From positions 7,518 through 71,517 of IMG/VR virus record IMGVR_UViG_3300042301_003774: a DNA stretch of 64,000 nt; one strand, 5' to 3'. The position numbers and the translations under genes were made by a program. Shown one piece after another: positions 1-11,183 of this stretch (position 1 is its first letter; the number at the start of each line of letters is the position of its first letter). The notes under the pieces were generated by a model that was not told where the DNA came from, did no database searches, and saw only the letters and a list, made by a program, of their open reading frames with translations. The stretch is from a virus.

Positions 1-104
1 TGAAAGCAATAATTTAATTGGATCGTCGCTTGATATTAATACAAGAACAGAATCCGTTGCAAGAAACAAATATGGTAGCAATAAAAACTACCCAGACTTT
101 TAAT

Positions 105-1112
105 ATGAAATTAGAAAATTTTCTAGAAGATATTATTGAAGAACAGAATTATCCAATATTAAAGATAAGTCGTAATAGACCTTTGGTTGACGCAATTGTT
201 AATAGACACCCAATTACTTTTTATTATACTGGCCCAAGAAAACCAAAAAAGAAAAGTGTAAAAGCTGGGTACAGAGTTAAAGCTGAACCAGTTGCAATGG
301 GGTCACACAAAACTACCGGTAATTTATTAGTTAGGGCTTATATTGACGATCCATCCGCATCAAAAAGAGGTACTCCTGGTAGAGTTGGTAAAGAAAAATC
401 TAATTACGGTTGGAGAACATTTTTAGCATCTAGAATGTCTAGAGTTGAAGTGTTAAAAGACGAAACATTCGATACTCCTAGAGAAAAGTTTAATGGGGGT
501 GGTGATGATAAAACGATGGGTGTAACGTATGTTAGCACAGATTTTTCGACAACACCACCAAAACCAAGAATAGGCGACACGAAAAAACCAGAATCAAAAG
601 CTGGGGTAGAACCAAAGCCAATTGAACCTAAAAAACCGACAATCACTAAGCAAGCTAGAAATGTTGATGCTGAATTAAAACAATTTGATAAAGAATTAGA
701 ACAAATTGAAAAAGATATAAAGACTAGTTTAGAAAATTATAAAAAATCAAAAAATAGTCCAAAAGAAATTGAATATGTTAATCAGTTAAAAGATTTTAAC
801 AAAAAGAAAAACGAATTATTAAATAGAATTTCTGATACAATTACCAATATTGGTACAGATGTTAGCTCAGACGATAAATCTAAAATAAATAGGTTTACCA
901 GTAGGGTATCTAGTAAAAAACCTAGTCTTGATGTAATTGTACCGGAACCAACTAAAAAACCAACTAAGGAGCCAAATAAACCCGATGAGCCCGATGAAAA
1001 GGGAGACTTACCTAAAATTCCAACTAAAGAAAAACCAAAGACGGATATGAATTCATATGATTTAAATGAATCATATATTCAAAGAATAAAAAAATTAATA
1101 TCCTACATTTAG
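105..1112 (+). CDS. WYL-like domain protein with Pro/Lys-rich and coiled-coil C-terminus
   Basis: AI..RHPITFYY...R..EPVAMG...LVRAY...GWRTF..SRM pattern resembles WYL domains; ATG at 105 follows the stop (101-103) of an upstream partial ORF. Confidence 0.5.
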   Translation: MKLENFLEDIIEEQNYPILKISRNRPLVDAIVNRHPITFYYTGPRKPKKKSVKAGYRVKAEPVAMGSHKTTGNLLVRAYIDDPSASKRGTPGRVGKEKSNYGWRTFLASRMSRVEVLKDETFDTPREKFNGGGDDKTMGVTYVSTDFSTTPPKPRIGDTKKPESKAGVEPKPIEPKKPTITKQARNVDAELKQFDKELEQIEKDIKTSLENYKKSKNSPKEIEYVNQLKDFNKKKNELLNRISDTITNIGTDVSSDDKSKINRFTSRVSSKKPSLDVIVPEPTKKPTKEPNKPDEPDEKGDLPKIPTKEKPKTDMNSYDLNESYIQRIKKLISYI

Positions 1113-1150
1113 TTTATTATTTAATATTAAAATAATATATTTATCATATT

Positions 1151-1717
1151 ATGGCAAACGGATCAATATCAGAAAACGACTTAATGCGTAAATTAGTAAA
1201 CGCTAAAAAGGTAATGAATAAAGTAGACGGCGGTGATTACCAAAAAGGTAACATTGACCAAGAAACACTTTTTTCAGACCCATCACAATTAATGGAATCA
1301 AATTTACCTAAACAACCTAACACAAGACCTGTGGGTGGTAATGTTAATGTAGATAAAATACAAAACTCTAAACTACCAGACGCTATTAAACAAGCGATGA
1401 TTAATCATCCTATTGAACAAATGCAATCAATTTCATTAAATGAGACACTTGACATGGATTTTGTTAAAGGTGCTAAGAAATTAATGGAAAAAGAAGGTTT
1501 AGCTAAAAAACCAGAAACTAAATCATTTTCATCACACTCTATGGATATGAATACTATTGCGGTATTGATTGAAAATACTGTTAGAAAGGTTATGGATGAA
1601 AAGTTAAATCAAATCTTAACAGCACAACAAACTTCAACAATAAATGAAAATTTAGTATTGAAAGTTGGTGATTCAATTTTTAAAGGAAAAATTACTGGGG
1701 TAAATAAAGCTAAATAA
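1151..1717 (+). CDS. hypothetical phage protein
   Basis: 188-aa ORF preceded by TATTTAT motif (1138-1144). Confidence 0.6.
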   Translation: MANGSISENDLMRKLVNAKKVMNKVDGGDYQKGNIDQETLFSDPSQLMESNLPKQPNTRPVGGNVNVDKIQNSKLPDAIKQAMINHPIEQMQSISLNETLDMDFVKGAKKLMEKEGLAKKPETKSFSSHSMDMNTIAVLIENTVRKVMDEKLNQILTAQQTSTINENLVLKVGDSIFKGKITGVNKAK

Positions 1718-1768
1718 GCTTTCCATTTAAATATTTTTTTCTTATTATTTTGACATAATATATTATAT

Positions 1769-2995
1769 ATGTCAAAAATCAAACTATTAGCAATTCCTTC
1801 CGATAACCATGGTGTTGGTAAGTACAGAATCCTAGATCCCTATAAATTTATCGGTAATCACTTTTCTGATGATGTACACGTAGACATTTCATTTAATGTT
1901 GAAGATAACGATTCAGTTTTTCTTGACTACGACGTTGTTGTTTTCCACAGCTTTATACATAAACTAAGCGCAGAAAAAAATCTAGAAAGAATTAGTTGGT
2001 TACGAAGTAAGGGAATAAAGGTCATTATGGATATTGATGACTTTTGGAATGTAGATCAACGACACCCAATGTTTGGTCAATTAAAAGCGAATAAAGTTCC
2101 AGAAACAAAAGTTAGCTTCATGCGATCAGTTGACTACATCACATGTACAACAGAATTATTCGCAACAGAAATCAAGAATAAATTAGGTGTTAAAAATGTG
2201 ATTGTTTTCCCAAATGCTATTGATGAAAATGAACCACAATTTAAACCAGAAAAAACTAAATCAGATAGAGTTCGATTTGGTTGGTTAGGCGGTTCTAGTC
2301 ACTTACATGACCTTGAATTACTAAAACAAGGTATTGATGGGGTTTTAAATCAATTTAAAGATAAAACACAATTTGTTTTATGCGGGTTTGATCTTAGGGG
2401 TACGGTTAATGAAATTAACAAACAAACAAATGAGGTTAGACAACGACCAGTTAGACCAGAAGAAACTGTTTGGAGTAAATACGAACAATTTTTTACCTCA
2501 AACTACAAGTATATTGATGAGGAATATAAACAATACTTACTAACATATAATCAAACTGATTATCCAAATAGCGATGTGTCATATCGTAGAAGATGGACTC
2601 AAGAGATAAATAAATACGCGTTTAACTACAATCACTTTGACGTGTCATTGGCCCCATTATATGAATCATATTTTAACGCTTGTAAATCTGAATTAAAAGT
2701 TATTGAGGCTGGATTTCATAAAAAAGCAATCATTTCTAGTGATGTTAAGCCATATAGCACAATCCTAACAACATCGATTAATCAAGGGGTGTATAACAAT
2801 AGTGGAAACGCATTATTGGTCGAGCCTAGAAAAAACCATAAGGATTGGACAAAACATATGAAGAGACTTATTGAGTCCCCTAGTATGATTGAAGATTTGG
2901 GTAATAAATTGTACGAAACGGTTAAAGACAAATATTCATTAAAAAATGTTTGTAAGGACAGGGTAGACTTCTTAAAAATATTTGTTGGTAAATAA
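1769..2995 (+). CDS. glycosyltransferase (GT-B fold, family 4-like)
   Basis: GVGKYRILDP N-terminus, DIDDFW, RFGWLGGSSH, DVSLAPL...FN.CKSELKVIEAG motifs. Confidence 0.8.
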   Translation: MSKIKLLAIPSDNHGVGKYRILDPYKFIGNHFSDDVHVDISFNVEDNDSVFLDYDVVVFHSFIHKLSAEKNLERISWLRSKGIKVIMDIDDFWNVDQRHPMFGQLKANKVPETKVSFMRSVDYITCTTELFATEIKNKLGVKNVIVFPNAIDENEPQFKPEKTKSDRVRFGWLGGSSHLHDLELLKQGIDGVLNQFKDKTQFVLCGFDLRGTVNEINKQTNEVRQRPVRPEETVWSKYEQFFTSNYKYIDEEYKQYLLTYNQTDYPNSDVSYRRRWTQEINKYAFNYNHFDVSLAPLYESYFNACKSELKVIEAGFHKKAIISSDVKPYSTILTTSINQGVYNNSGNALLVEPRKNHKDWTKHMKRLIESPSMIEDLGNKLYETVKDKYSLKNVCKDRVDFLKIFVGK

Positions 2996-3051
2996 TTTTT
3001 GGTTTTTCGAATTTATTTGCGTATATTAGTTTAAACTTAAAACAATTAGAT

Positions 3052-3282
3052 ATGCATTACTTAGTAACAATTGGTTATGAAACCGAACAAATGGACAGAA
3101 ATGGAAGTCCAAGATTGCAAAAATTAAAATACATCCTTGAGGCTGAGACAGTTGAGGAAGCAACTATCGTTGCGGCTAAATACCGTTCTGGCGATGTACG
3201 AGGGAGTGAAAGTATTTCTGTCGCTAAAATGCAGATTGAGTGCATTATAGATAGAAAAAACACTCCGGAATATTATAAATAA
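3052..3282 (+). CDS. hypothetical protein
   Basis: 76-aa ORF within operon. Confidence 0.55.
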   Translation: MHYLVTIGYETEQMDRNGSPRLQKLKYILEAETVEEATIVAAKYRSGDVRGSESISVAKMQIECIIDRKNTPEYYK

Positions 3283-3285
3283 CAA

Positions 3286-3852
3286 ATGATATCATTAGAT
3301 AAGTTAGAAAAAAATAAAAAAAAGTTCCTTGAAACGAACGAACAATATAAAGTTTTTTCTATTGAACTTGGGGATTTTTTGGGGGATAATTTCTACATTT
3401 CCCCCGCGTCCCCAAGTACTGACTTATATGGATGCTATCCGGGTGGACTACTAGATCATTTAATTAAGGTCTGTAAGTACACGTTATTATTAAATGATAT
3501 CCTACCAGATAAAATTAGGATACCCAAGGAAAAATTAATTAAAACAGTTTTTTTATCACAAATAGGTAAGGTTTTCATGTTTAAAGAAAACCCTAGTGAA
3601 TGGCACAGATTAAATCAAGGCAAACATTATGTTTACGCTCAAGATAATAAGGTGGCATTAAGAGTTGGTGAAAGAAGTGTTTTTTACGCAGTAACACATG
3701 GTGTTTCATTGGATGAAGATGAATACCAGGCAATAATAAATTTAGACAAAGATTCTGAAGACAAAATGGCTAAATGGCATTCGTCTATCATGGGTCAAAT
3801 TTTAAAACAAGGTTTTGAATTAGCATTAATCGAAGAAAAATATGGAAAATAA
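3286..3852 (+). CDS. HD-domain-like protein (degenerate metal motif)
   Basis: SPAS....GCYPGGLLDH resembles YhaM-type HD domain start; the HD motif position reads SQIGK. Confidence 0.5.
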   Translation: MISLDKLEKNKKKFLETNEQYKVFSIELGDFLGDNFYISPASPSTDLYGCYPGGLLDHLIKVCKYTLLLNDILPDKIRIPKEKLIKTVFLSQIGKVFMFKENPSEWHRLNQGKHYVYAQDNKVALRVGERSVFYAVTHGVSLDEDEYQAIINLDKDSEDKMAKWHSSIMGQILKQGFELALIEEKYGK

Positions 3853-4456
3853 TTTTAACGAAATTTTGAACCAATTAAAACAATATGAAAGTCTATTATC
3901 TTCCGGTGATGAAAATGAAGATATTGACGAATCGTTAGCAATGGACATAAATAAAACTTTAGAAAGTTTAAATACGGAAATTATGTCCGCTCAAGAAAAG
4001 GAGTATTCACACATCCCAATTAAATTCATAAATAAATCAACGAACGAAGACCCTAAATTTGCCTATGAAGGTGATAGTGGATTTGATTTAAGGGCTGATA
4101 TTGAAGGACCTATAACACTAAAGCCAGGTGAAAGAACACTTATCCCAACAGGATTGTATTTTGAATTAGTTAAAGGTTTAGAATTACAGGTTAGACCAAG
4201 AAGTGGTTTAGCAATAAAAAACGGCATAACTGTTTTAAATAGTCCTGGTACAGTTGATAGTCATTATCGCGGTGAAGTTAAAATACCATTAATTAATTTA
4301 GGTCAAGAACCCTTCAACATATCGAAAGGTGATAGGATTGCTCAGGCAGTTATTGCACCAGTTTATGGCGAAGGTAAAATAAAATTAAACAAAACTGATA
4401 GTATAAACAGTACCGATAGAGGTGAAGGTGGATTTAATTCAAGCGGAATTAAGTAA
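3842..4456 (+). CDS. dut: dUTP diphosphatase
   Basis: GDSGFDLRA, RPRSGLA, NSPGTVDSHYRGE, GDRIAQ, RGEGGFNSSG motifs. Confidence 0.95.
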   Translation: MENNFNEILNQLKQYESLLSSGDENEDIDESLAMDINKTLESLNTEIMSAQEKEYSHIPIKFINKSTNEDPKFAYEGDSGFDLRADIEGPITLKPGERTLIPTGLYFELVKGLELQVRPRSGLAIKNGITVLNSPGTVDSHYRGEVKIPLINLGQEPFNISKGDRIAQAVIAPVYGEGKIKLNKTDSINSTDRGEGGFNSSGIK

Positions 4457-4496
4457 TATTTACAATAAATAAACTATTAAATAAAAATTAAAAATT

Positions 4497-5210
4497 TTGA
4501 TTAAATCTAAAAGTAAAGCTCCGGTCATCGAAGATAGGAAAACTCCCCATAAACAAAGAATTAGGGAGATTATTAAAAAACCAAAAGAAAAATTTTTAAC
4601 AGCTAACCAGGAAAAATATTGGGATATTTTAGGTAATAATCAAATCACTTTATGTTTTGGCCCCGCTGGAGTTGGTAAGTCTTATATAGCAATGAAAAGA
4701 GCTATTGATTTATTATGGGATGAAGAAAATAAATATGAAAAAATTATCATAGTTAGACCCGCGGTAGAAGCTGAAGAGAAATTGGGGTCACTACCTGGTG
4801 GATTAGAAGAAAAATTGGACCCATATATCTACCCTTCTTATTATTTGTTAAATAAAATAATTGGTAAAGAGGCTAGAGAGCGTTTAAAAGACGAAGGTTA
4901 TATTGAAGTAGCCGCTTTAGCTTATATGAGAGGTTGGAATGTTGACAATACAATACTTGTTTTTGAAGAAGCACAAAACGCGTCTCCAGCTCAAATAAAA
5001 TTATTATTAACTAGAATTGGATTTAGTTCAAAATTCTTTTTATCTGGAGACTTAGAACAATCTGACAAATTTAAAGATAAAACCAAAACAGGTCTTTATG
5101 ATGCTAAGAAAAGATTAGATGGTGTTAAAGGTATTGGTGTTTTTGAATTTGGTATGGAAGATATTGTAAGAAACCCAATCATCACCGAAATTTTGCAGAG
5201 ATACGAATAA
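4497..5210 (+). CDS. phoH: PhoH-family ATPase
   Basis: GPAGVGKS Walker A, RPAVEAEEKLGSLPG, AYMRG, EEAQN, GDLEQSD, DIVRNP. Confidence 0.93.
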   Translation: MIKSKSKAPVIEDRKTPHKQRIREIIKKPKEKFLTANQEKYWDILGNNQITLCFGPAGVGKSYIAMKRAIDLLWDEENKYEKIIIVRPAVEAEEKLGSLPGGLEEKLDPYIYPSYYLLNKIIGKEARERLKDEGYIEVAALAYMRGWNVDNTILVFEEAQNASPAQIKLLLTRIGFSSKFFLSGDLEQSDKFKDKTKTGLYDAKKRLDGVKGIGVFEFGMEDIVRNPIITEILQRYE

Positions 5211-5253
5211 TTAGGTATTTACTTTTTTTATTAAAAACCCTATCTTTTGGAAT

Positions 5254-5880
5254 ATGAATATATATATTTCAATCGATGGGGTTTTACGTAATATTATAAA
5301 TCGTTTTCATTATCATTATGAAAATGCATATATAGATGTTGACGAAACGGAAGAGGGAGACTCTTTTGAATATAAAGTTATTGAACCAATAACTAACAAT
5401 AATTTATCAGACCATTTTATCTTTCAATCGAAAGAACAGCAAGATCACTTTCAATATATTGAATATCCAATGGAGCTTTATGGACATTCTCCAGTGAGTT
5501 ACATTAATGTCAATAATGATCTAAACAAAATTGTTTATCATCATAAAGATCATAAAATTTTTCTAGTAGGTTTGGATGAGTTAGGTAAATCTAGACCAGC
5601 AACACTTTTCTTTTTATCGCGCAATGGTATCATGGTAGATAATATAAAATTTATTAAAAGTGAAGATATTGCTAAAGAATGGGAAACCGTTGATTTATGG
5701 ATAAGTGACTCCGAAAAAATCTTACAACTAAAACCTGAAAATAAAGAATTTATATTATTTAGTACAAAGTATAACGAGCACTTTACTTATGAAAAAATAA
5801 TAAATAAATTAAGTGATATTGATATTGAAAATAGTCAAATAATAATAAACAACGAAAACAAAAACCTACTAGATGCCTGA
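5254..5880 (+). CDS. HAD-superfamily (5'-nucleotidase-like) protein, possibly inactive
   Basis: N-terminal IYISIDGVLRN resembles HAD motif I with first Asp replaced by Ser. Confidence 0.45.
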   Translation: MNIYISIDGVLRNIINRFHYHYENAYIDVDETEEGDSFEYKVIEPITNNNLSDHFIFQSKEQQDHFQYIEYPMELYGHSPVSYINVNNDLNKIVYHHKDHKIFLVGLDELGKSRPATLFFLSRNGIMVDNIKFIKSEDIAKEWETVDLWISDSEKILQLKPENKEFILFSTKYNEHFTYEKIINKLSDIDIENSQIIINNENKNLLDA

Positions 5881-6160
5881 TTTTAAAAACAACGAGTATT
5901 ATATAGATATTGATGGTTATATTGAAAAATGTAGAACCGGAAATACATTAAAGGATGAAGATGATAAAGATGTTATGGAGATTAACATTTTTAAATATGA
6001 ATTAATAAAAATGATGATTGAACGTATATTAGATGAATATGATGAAGAGGGTGAAGATGATGTATTGTCTTCATTAAAAGGTAAAAAAACCTCAACATCA
6101 TTTAATTTAGCGTTTAATACGTTATATCAGTACGGAATAATAAAAGAAGAAAACGATTAA
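5873..6160 (+). CDS. hypothetical protein
   Basis: 95-aa acidic ORF overlapping the upstream gene. Confidence 0.55.
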   Translation: MPDFKNNEYYIDIDGYIEKCRTGNTLKDEDDKDVMEINIFKYELIKMMIERILDEYDEEGEDDVLSSLKGKKTSTSFNLAFNTLYQYGIIKEEND

Positions 6161-6161
6161 T

Positions 6162-7229
6162 ATGAGTGAAAAACTAACAACTATCGAAAAGTTACAAGAC
6201 GCGTTATCTAGAATTGAATCAAAAGAAAATGGAATCTATTTTCTTTGTTATGATACTAGAGGTAATGCTAGAGCCGCAGTGAAACATATCTATGATATGG
6301 CGCTATTTCTAAAACAAGAAGGGTACAACGCAAAAATTCTTGCAGAAGAAAAAACATACCAAGGTGTAACATCTTGGTTAGGTGATAAATATGATTCAAT
6401 CCCAGTGGTATCGATTAAAGAAGATCGGGTAGAAATGGGTATTGATGATGTGCTTGTTATCCCAGAACAATATTCTAATGTTTTAGAACAACTAGCTAAC
6501 GTTAAATGTACTAAAGTAATGTTAATTCAACAAAAAGAATATATGTATGAAACATTACCAATCGGTAGCAAATTCTTAGACTATGGTATTGAAAAAATTA
6601 TCACAACAACTAACGCAACTAAAAAATATCTTCAAGAGTATTTTCCAGATGCTTTAACTTTTGTTATTCCACCTGTAATCGAAGATTATTTTTCACCAAC
6701 TGAAAAGATGGCTAAACCATATATTGCGATTAGCTGTAGAGATAGAATGACGCATAGAAAATTAATCTCAGAATTTTATTTAAAATATCCACAATTAAGA
6801 TGGGTAACATTTAGAGATATGGTTCAAATGTCTAATGAAGAATTTTCAGAAGGATTGAAAGAATGTTTTGTTTCGGTTTGGGTTGATGATGATAGTACAT
6901 TTGGTACATTCCCATTAGAATCAATGAAATCAGGTGTTCCAGTTATTGGTAAAATTCCTATGACTGAGCCAGATTGGTTAAGTGAAAATGGTTTCTGGAC
7001 ATATGATGAAAGTAAACTTGTTGAATTACTGGGCACGTATTGTGTTGCTTGGTTAGAGGGGGTTGAAATCAATGAAGACGTTAAAAATAAAATGAAAGAG
7101 ACGTTACAACCATATGAAAAAGAAATCACAAAAAATAATGTATTAAATATCTTTGACTCTTTTAATTCAAAAAGAAAAGATTTAATCAATAAGGGATTAG
7201 AAAAATTAAAAACAGAAGAAGCCGTATGA
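6162..7229 (+). CDS. glycosyltransferase (GT-B-like)
   Basis: DVLVIPE, STFGTFPLESMKSGVPVIG resembles the GT4 E-x7-E region. Confidence 0.7.
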   Translation: MSEKLTTIEKLQDALSRIESKENGIYFLCYDTRGNARAAVKHIYDMALFLKQEGYNAKILAEEKTYQGVTSWLGDKYDSIPVVSIKEDRVEMGIDDVLVIPEQYSNVLEQLANVKCTKVMLIQQKEYMYETLPIGSKFLDYGIEKIITTTNATKKYLQEYFPDALTFVIPPVIEDYFSPTEKMAKPYIAISCRDRMTHRKLISEFYLKYPQLRWVTFRDMVQMSNEEFSEGLKECFVSVWVDDDSTFGTFPLESMKSGVPVIGKIPMTEPDWLSENGFWTYDESKLVELLGTYCVAWLEGVEINEDVKNKMKETLQPYEKEITKNNVLNIFDSFNSKRKDLINKGLEKLKTEEAV

Positions 7230-8011
7230 AAAAAATAACTGTATTATTGCCGATTCACAAACTTAATGACAATTATGATGATATGTTATTAAATGCTGTT
7301 GAATCTGTTAAAGAGTTTTATAACGATGTAAAATTACTAATCGTTGCACCAGAAAAATTAAAAAAAGAGTTAACTAAAATTGATTTAGGTCAGAAACTAG
7401 AAATAAATTATGAGTTTCATAATTCAGAATCTGATTTTTGTTCACAAATTAATGTTGGCGCAAAATCTTGTGACACGGAATGGTTTTCAATTTTAGAAGT
7501 TGATGATGAATATCAAAAAATTTGGTTAAAATCAATTACGCAATACATGAGCGAACAACCAGATGCTGAGGTATTTTTACCAATTGTTAAAGATATTAAC
7601 CCTATGGGTGAATTAACAAATTACACAAACGAATCTGTATGGGCTTATGGATTTTCAGAAAAACAAGGTATCATTGATAATGAAGTTTTAATGGAATATC
7701 AAAACTATCAAATTTCTGGCGGTGTTTATAAAACAAAAACATTTTTAGATAATGGTGGATTAAAAAGTAATATCAAATTAACTTTTGGTTATGAGTTACT
7801 ACTTAGGTTAACACATAATGGCGTTAAAGTTGTTGTTGTTCCTAGGATTGGATATAAACACGTTAATTTAAGGGAAGACTCACTTTTTTGGGCATATAAG
7901 AATGATGAAACAATTAAGCTAAAAGGTAATGAAGCTAAGTTTTGGATTGAAACAGCAAAAAAAGAATTCTTTTTTAACAATAAACGCGATGTAATTTATA
8001 ATGAAGCTTAA
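7226..8011 (+). CDS. glycosyltransferase family 2-like
   Basis: ITVLLPIH N-terminus, N.GAK....EWFSILEVDD DxD-like motif. Confidence 0.7.
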   Translation: MKKITVLLPIHKLNDNYDDMLLNAVESVKEFYNDVKLLIVAPEKLKKELTKIDLGQKLEINYEFHNSESDFCSQINVGAKSCDTEWFSILEVDDEYQKIWLKSITQYMSEQPDAEVFLPIVKDINPMGELTNYTNESVWAYGFSEKQGIIDNEVLMEYQNYQISGGVYKTKTFLDNGGLKSNIKLTFGYELLLRLTHNGVKVVVVPRIGYKHVNLREDSLFWAYKNDETIKLKGNEAKFWIETAKKEFFFNNKRDVIYNEA

Positions 8012-8709
8012 TGCCAAGACCAAGAACCCAAAAAGTATATTTTGGGGAGGATCAAGAAAAGGCGGTAGTCAACTACTTAGAAAGTAATGATGAAGCAGAA
8101 AGAAATAAGATATTCAACGAATATTTACGTGAACCCCTAGTTATAATGGTCGAATCAATTATTCGACGTTATAAATTATATAGAAAAGATTTAGAATTTG
8201 AAGAAATTCATAACGATACTATGTCTTTTCTAATTACCAAAATTAATAAGTTTGACCACACTAAAAACTACAAAGCCTACTCATATTTTGGTACCATTTG
8301 TAAAAACTACCTTATGGGGGCCATTCAAAAGGATACTAAGGAACAAAACCGTAGTATTTCATATGAAGACATCTCAGAAGATATTGAGAGTAGGGTAGAT
8401 TTTTCCTATACAATTGATGAAAGTTTCGTTGACTATAGTAATGTTATTATTAAGTTATCCAATAAGTTAGAAGAATTTGTTGAAAATGAAGATTTAACGG
8501 ACAATGAAAAAAAATTAGGTTACGCACTTCTAGAGATTTTTAGCAATTTTGAAATGATTTTTCAAATTGGTGATGGTAACAAATTCAACAAAAATTTAAT
8601 TTTACTATCCCTTAGAGAGATGACCTCATTATCAACTAAAGAGATTAGAATCTCATTAAAAAAGTATAAAAATTTATATAATGGTGTTTTAGTTGGGTTT
8701 TTAGATTAA
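8011..8709 (+). CDS. phage RNA polymerase sigma factor (T4 gp55-like)
   Basis: LITKINKFD...KAYSYFGTICKNYL resembles sigma region 2 of gp55-like late sigma factors. Confidence 0.65.
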   Translation: MPRPRTQKVYFGEDQEKAVVNYLESNDEAERNKIFNEYLREPLVIMVESIIRRYKLYRKDLEFEEIHNDTMSFLITKINKFDHTKNYKAYSYFGTICKNYLMGAIQKDTKEQNRSISYEDISEDIESRVDFSYTIDESFVDYSNVIIKLSNKLEEFVENEDLTDNEKKLGYALLEIFSNFEMIFQIGDGNKFNKNLILLSLREMTSLSTKEIRISLKKYKNLYNGVLVGFLD

Positions 8710-8723
8710 AAATATTTATTAAC

Positions 8724-9104
8724 ATGAGAACACCTAGAAAAAATATAGGATTAGACACCGACTCGGCGTTGGCGCTAATGCAGGAGATTTATAACGATAT
8801 CGTTGAACAGAAAAGTACTGCAACGCTTATTATGAAAAAGATGCTTTCATTTATGAAAGAATCTGAAGATATGTCCGTAATAGGGCCAGTTATTAAAGAA
8901 CAACAAAAAATACTTAATGAGTGTACTGAGAAAAAACTATCCTTAGTTAAAATTCAAAATACACTTATACAAAAAGGTGCTGGATCTGGTGATAAATTCG
9001 CGCCAGGAAAAATGTCGTTAACTGATGAAGACAGAGATCTATTAGAAAAATTAATGAATGACGGTGATACACAAGAACCAGAAGGTGGAAAATACAAATT
9101 ATAA
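8724..9104 (+). CDS. hypothetical protein
   Basis: 126-aa ORF after TATTTAT (8713-8719). Confidence 0.6.
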   Translation: MRTPRKNIGLDTDSALALMQEIYNDIVEQKSTATLIMKKMLSFMKESEDMSVIGPVIKEQQKILNECTEKKLSLVKIQNTLIQKGAGSGDKFAPGKMSLTDEDRDLLEKLMNDGDTQEPEGGKYKL

Positions 9105-10984
9105 TGACAGATTTAAAAACCAAACAAAAAGAGGTTACATCTAAATTCAAAATAATTCAGCAAGCCAATGAGTTAAAAACTGGTGTGCTTAGTTCTATTG
9201 ATAAAGCCGATGGCTCAATTGAAAATTTCCAAGACCAAATAGGTTCAACACTAACATCGTACGCATCTTCTTTCAAAAAAAAAATACCCAATACCGACAA
9301 TATTTTTGATAAAATAACTAGAGATTTAGATAAAATATTACCAAAAAATTCACAAAATGGTGAAAGTATGGTAAGAAAAATAACTAGGGAATCAGTCAAA
9401 GAAACATCTGAATCAATCAAACCAATATTTCTAAGTAATGTTAGAAAACTTTTTTTTGCAAGTGATAGTGAATTGTCTTGTGGTATTGGTACTAAAATGT
9501 CAATCGATGATCTGACAATTTCACCAAAAGAGTTTGATTTATTAGACACATTACAAACAGACCCACAATCTGGTTTAGGTAAAATTATATATGAAAATTC
9601 TGCATCGACAGATAAGGTTAAAATGAATAAAGTTTTTTATGAAAATTTTAACGGGTCACCATATAATTTTACAGCTTTAGATGAGACAAATTTATTTGGT
9701 ATAAAGTGGGATAGTGGTAATCAGGTATATAATTTAAGTGGTTTAACAGCAAATAATATAACTGTAGATAGTTTTATTACAAAATATTATGAGTCTATTG
9801 AGTTTCCTAAAATATCTGACATATTAAAGAATACATTATCTTTAGTTGTTCCGGTTGGAGGTGTGAATACTGAAAATTCAAATTATGATCTTAACTTAAA
9901 TAAGTTAATGAGGGTTATAAATAAAATATGCGCAGCATGTCCAGCTCCTAGCAATGAAACATTAAAACAAAATGCTGTAGATCAGTTTAACGAAGGTGAT
10001 GTTGAAATAGGTGCATTTTTTGATTTTGATGACGTTGAAGGTATTGATATTGATGATGAAAATTTAAGGTATAATAAAGTATTAAGGTTTGTTGATTGTA
10101 ATAATTATAATTTACCAGTCAATCAAAACATTGTTGAAGAATTTGCATATTTTTCTAGTACAAAAAATGACATAACTAAAGAGTATAATGACGCAATGTC
10201 AAAAATTGCAAAAGATGCTGCAAACAATAGCTTGTCAATACCATTTCCACAATTCTTAGCTAATTTAGATTTTCAGACAATGAAGAATTTACCTAAAGCT
10301 TTATTGTCTAGTATATTTTCGCCTAAAATGTTTTTCCCTATTGTTGTATTATGGAAAATGTTAAAATCAGCGGTTTCTTCTGCTTTTATTTCCATTAAAA
10401 CCTTAATAAAAAATTTAGGTAAATTTGTATTCAATCTTTTAAAAGATATTTTTAATAAATTCTTAACTGTTTTTTGGATTAAAGTTAAACCACAGTTAGC
10501 ACTTATACTTAAAGGATTAGTAACAAGATTATTAAAGAAATCTAAAAAACGCTACCTAGTGATTATTAGAGGTTTAATTGATATCTTAACCGCATTACTA
10601 CCATTTGTTGGTATTAAATCTTGTGAAGATTTTTATAGCGCAATTTTAGCATTATTGAATACTTTGAAAGTCGGTGTATCTCAAGCAATTCCTGGTTTAT
10701 TATTACAATTATCTAAAAGACTACCAGGTTATAATGAAGATAGAGCGATCATGAATGCCGCGGAATTCCTGGAGGCTAACAACATACCAACAGGAGATAT
10801 TTTCGGTCAAGAAAATAATATTGTTCAATTTGTTTCATCAGTTATAAAGGGTCACCAACAAGAAATGGATCAAAACTCATTTGTTCAGGTAAGTTTAGAC
10901 GCGGCAACGATTCCCGTGGCACCATTAGGTGGGGCTGCAGTAATTTTACCAGGACTATTAAAAGCACATGGAAAACTAACGTAA
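9104..10984 (+). CDS. hypothetical (putative virion) protein
   Basis: 626-aa ORF in putative late operon. Confidence 0.55.
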   Translation: MTDLKTKQKEVTSKFKIIQQANELKTGVLSSIDKADGSIENFQDQIGSTLTSYASSFKKKIPNTDNIFDKITRDLDKILPKNSQNGESMVRKITRESVKETSESIKPIFLSNVRKLFFASDSELSCGIGTKMSIDDLTISPKEFDLLDTLQTDPQSGLGKIIYENSASTDKVKMNKVFYENFNGSPYNFTALDETNLFGIKWDSGNQVYNLSGLTANNITVDSFITKYYESIEFPKISDILKNTLSLVVPVGGVNTENSNYDLNLNKLMRVINKICAACPAPSNETLKQNAVDQFNEGDVEIGAFFDFDDVEGIDIDDENLRYNKVLRFVDCNNYNLPVNQNIVEEFAYFSSTKNDITKEYNDAMSKIAKDAANNSLSIPFPQFLANLDFQTMKNLPKALLSSIFSPKMFFPIVVLWKMLKSAVSSAFISIKTLIKNLGKFVFNLLKDIFNKFLTVFWIKVKPQLALILKGLVTRLLKKSKKRYLVIIRGLIDILTALLPFVGIKSCEDFYSAILALLNTLKVGVSQAIPGLLLQLSKRLPGYNEDRAIMNAAEFLEANNIPTGDIFGQENNIVQFVSSVIKGHQQEMDQNSFVQVSLDAATIPVAPLGGAAVILPGLLKAHGKLT

Positions 10985-10985
10985 T

Positions 10986-11183
10986 ATGAATAAAAATGAA
11001 GTCATCGAAATCGCAAACGACGTTGAAAATAGGAGTAATAACGTTCTTGTAAGCTCAAGAGATTTTTTAATTGAAGAGTTTCAAAAAACGAAAGAAGTTA
11101 TTATTGACTTAACTAGACACTTAGAGTCTGTTGAAGTTTTATATGATAAGATTAATAAAGAATTAGAAAAAAGAACTAAATGA
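10986..11183 (+). CDS. hypothetical coiled-coil protein
   Basis: 65-aa ORF coupled to neighbours. Confidence 0.5.
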   Translation: MNKNEVIEIANDVENRSNNVLVSSRDFLIEEFQKTKEVIIDLTRHLESVEVLYDKINKELEKRTK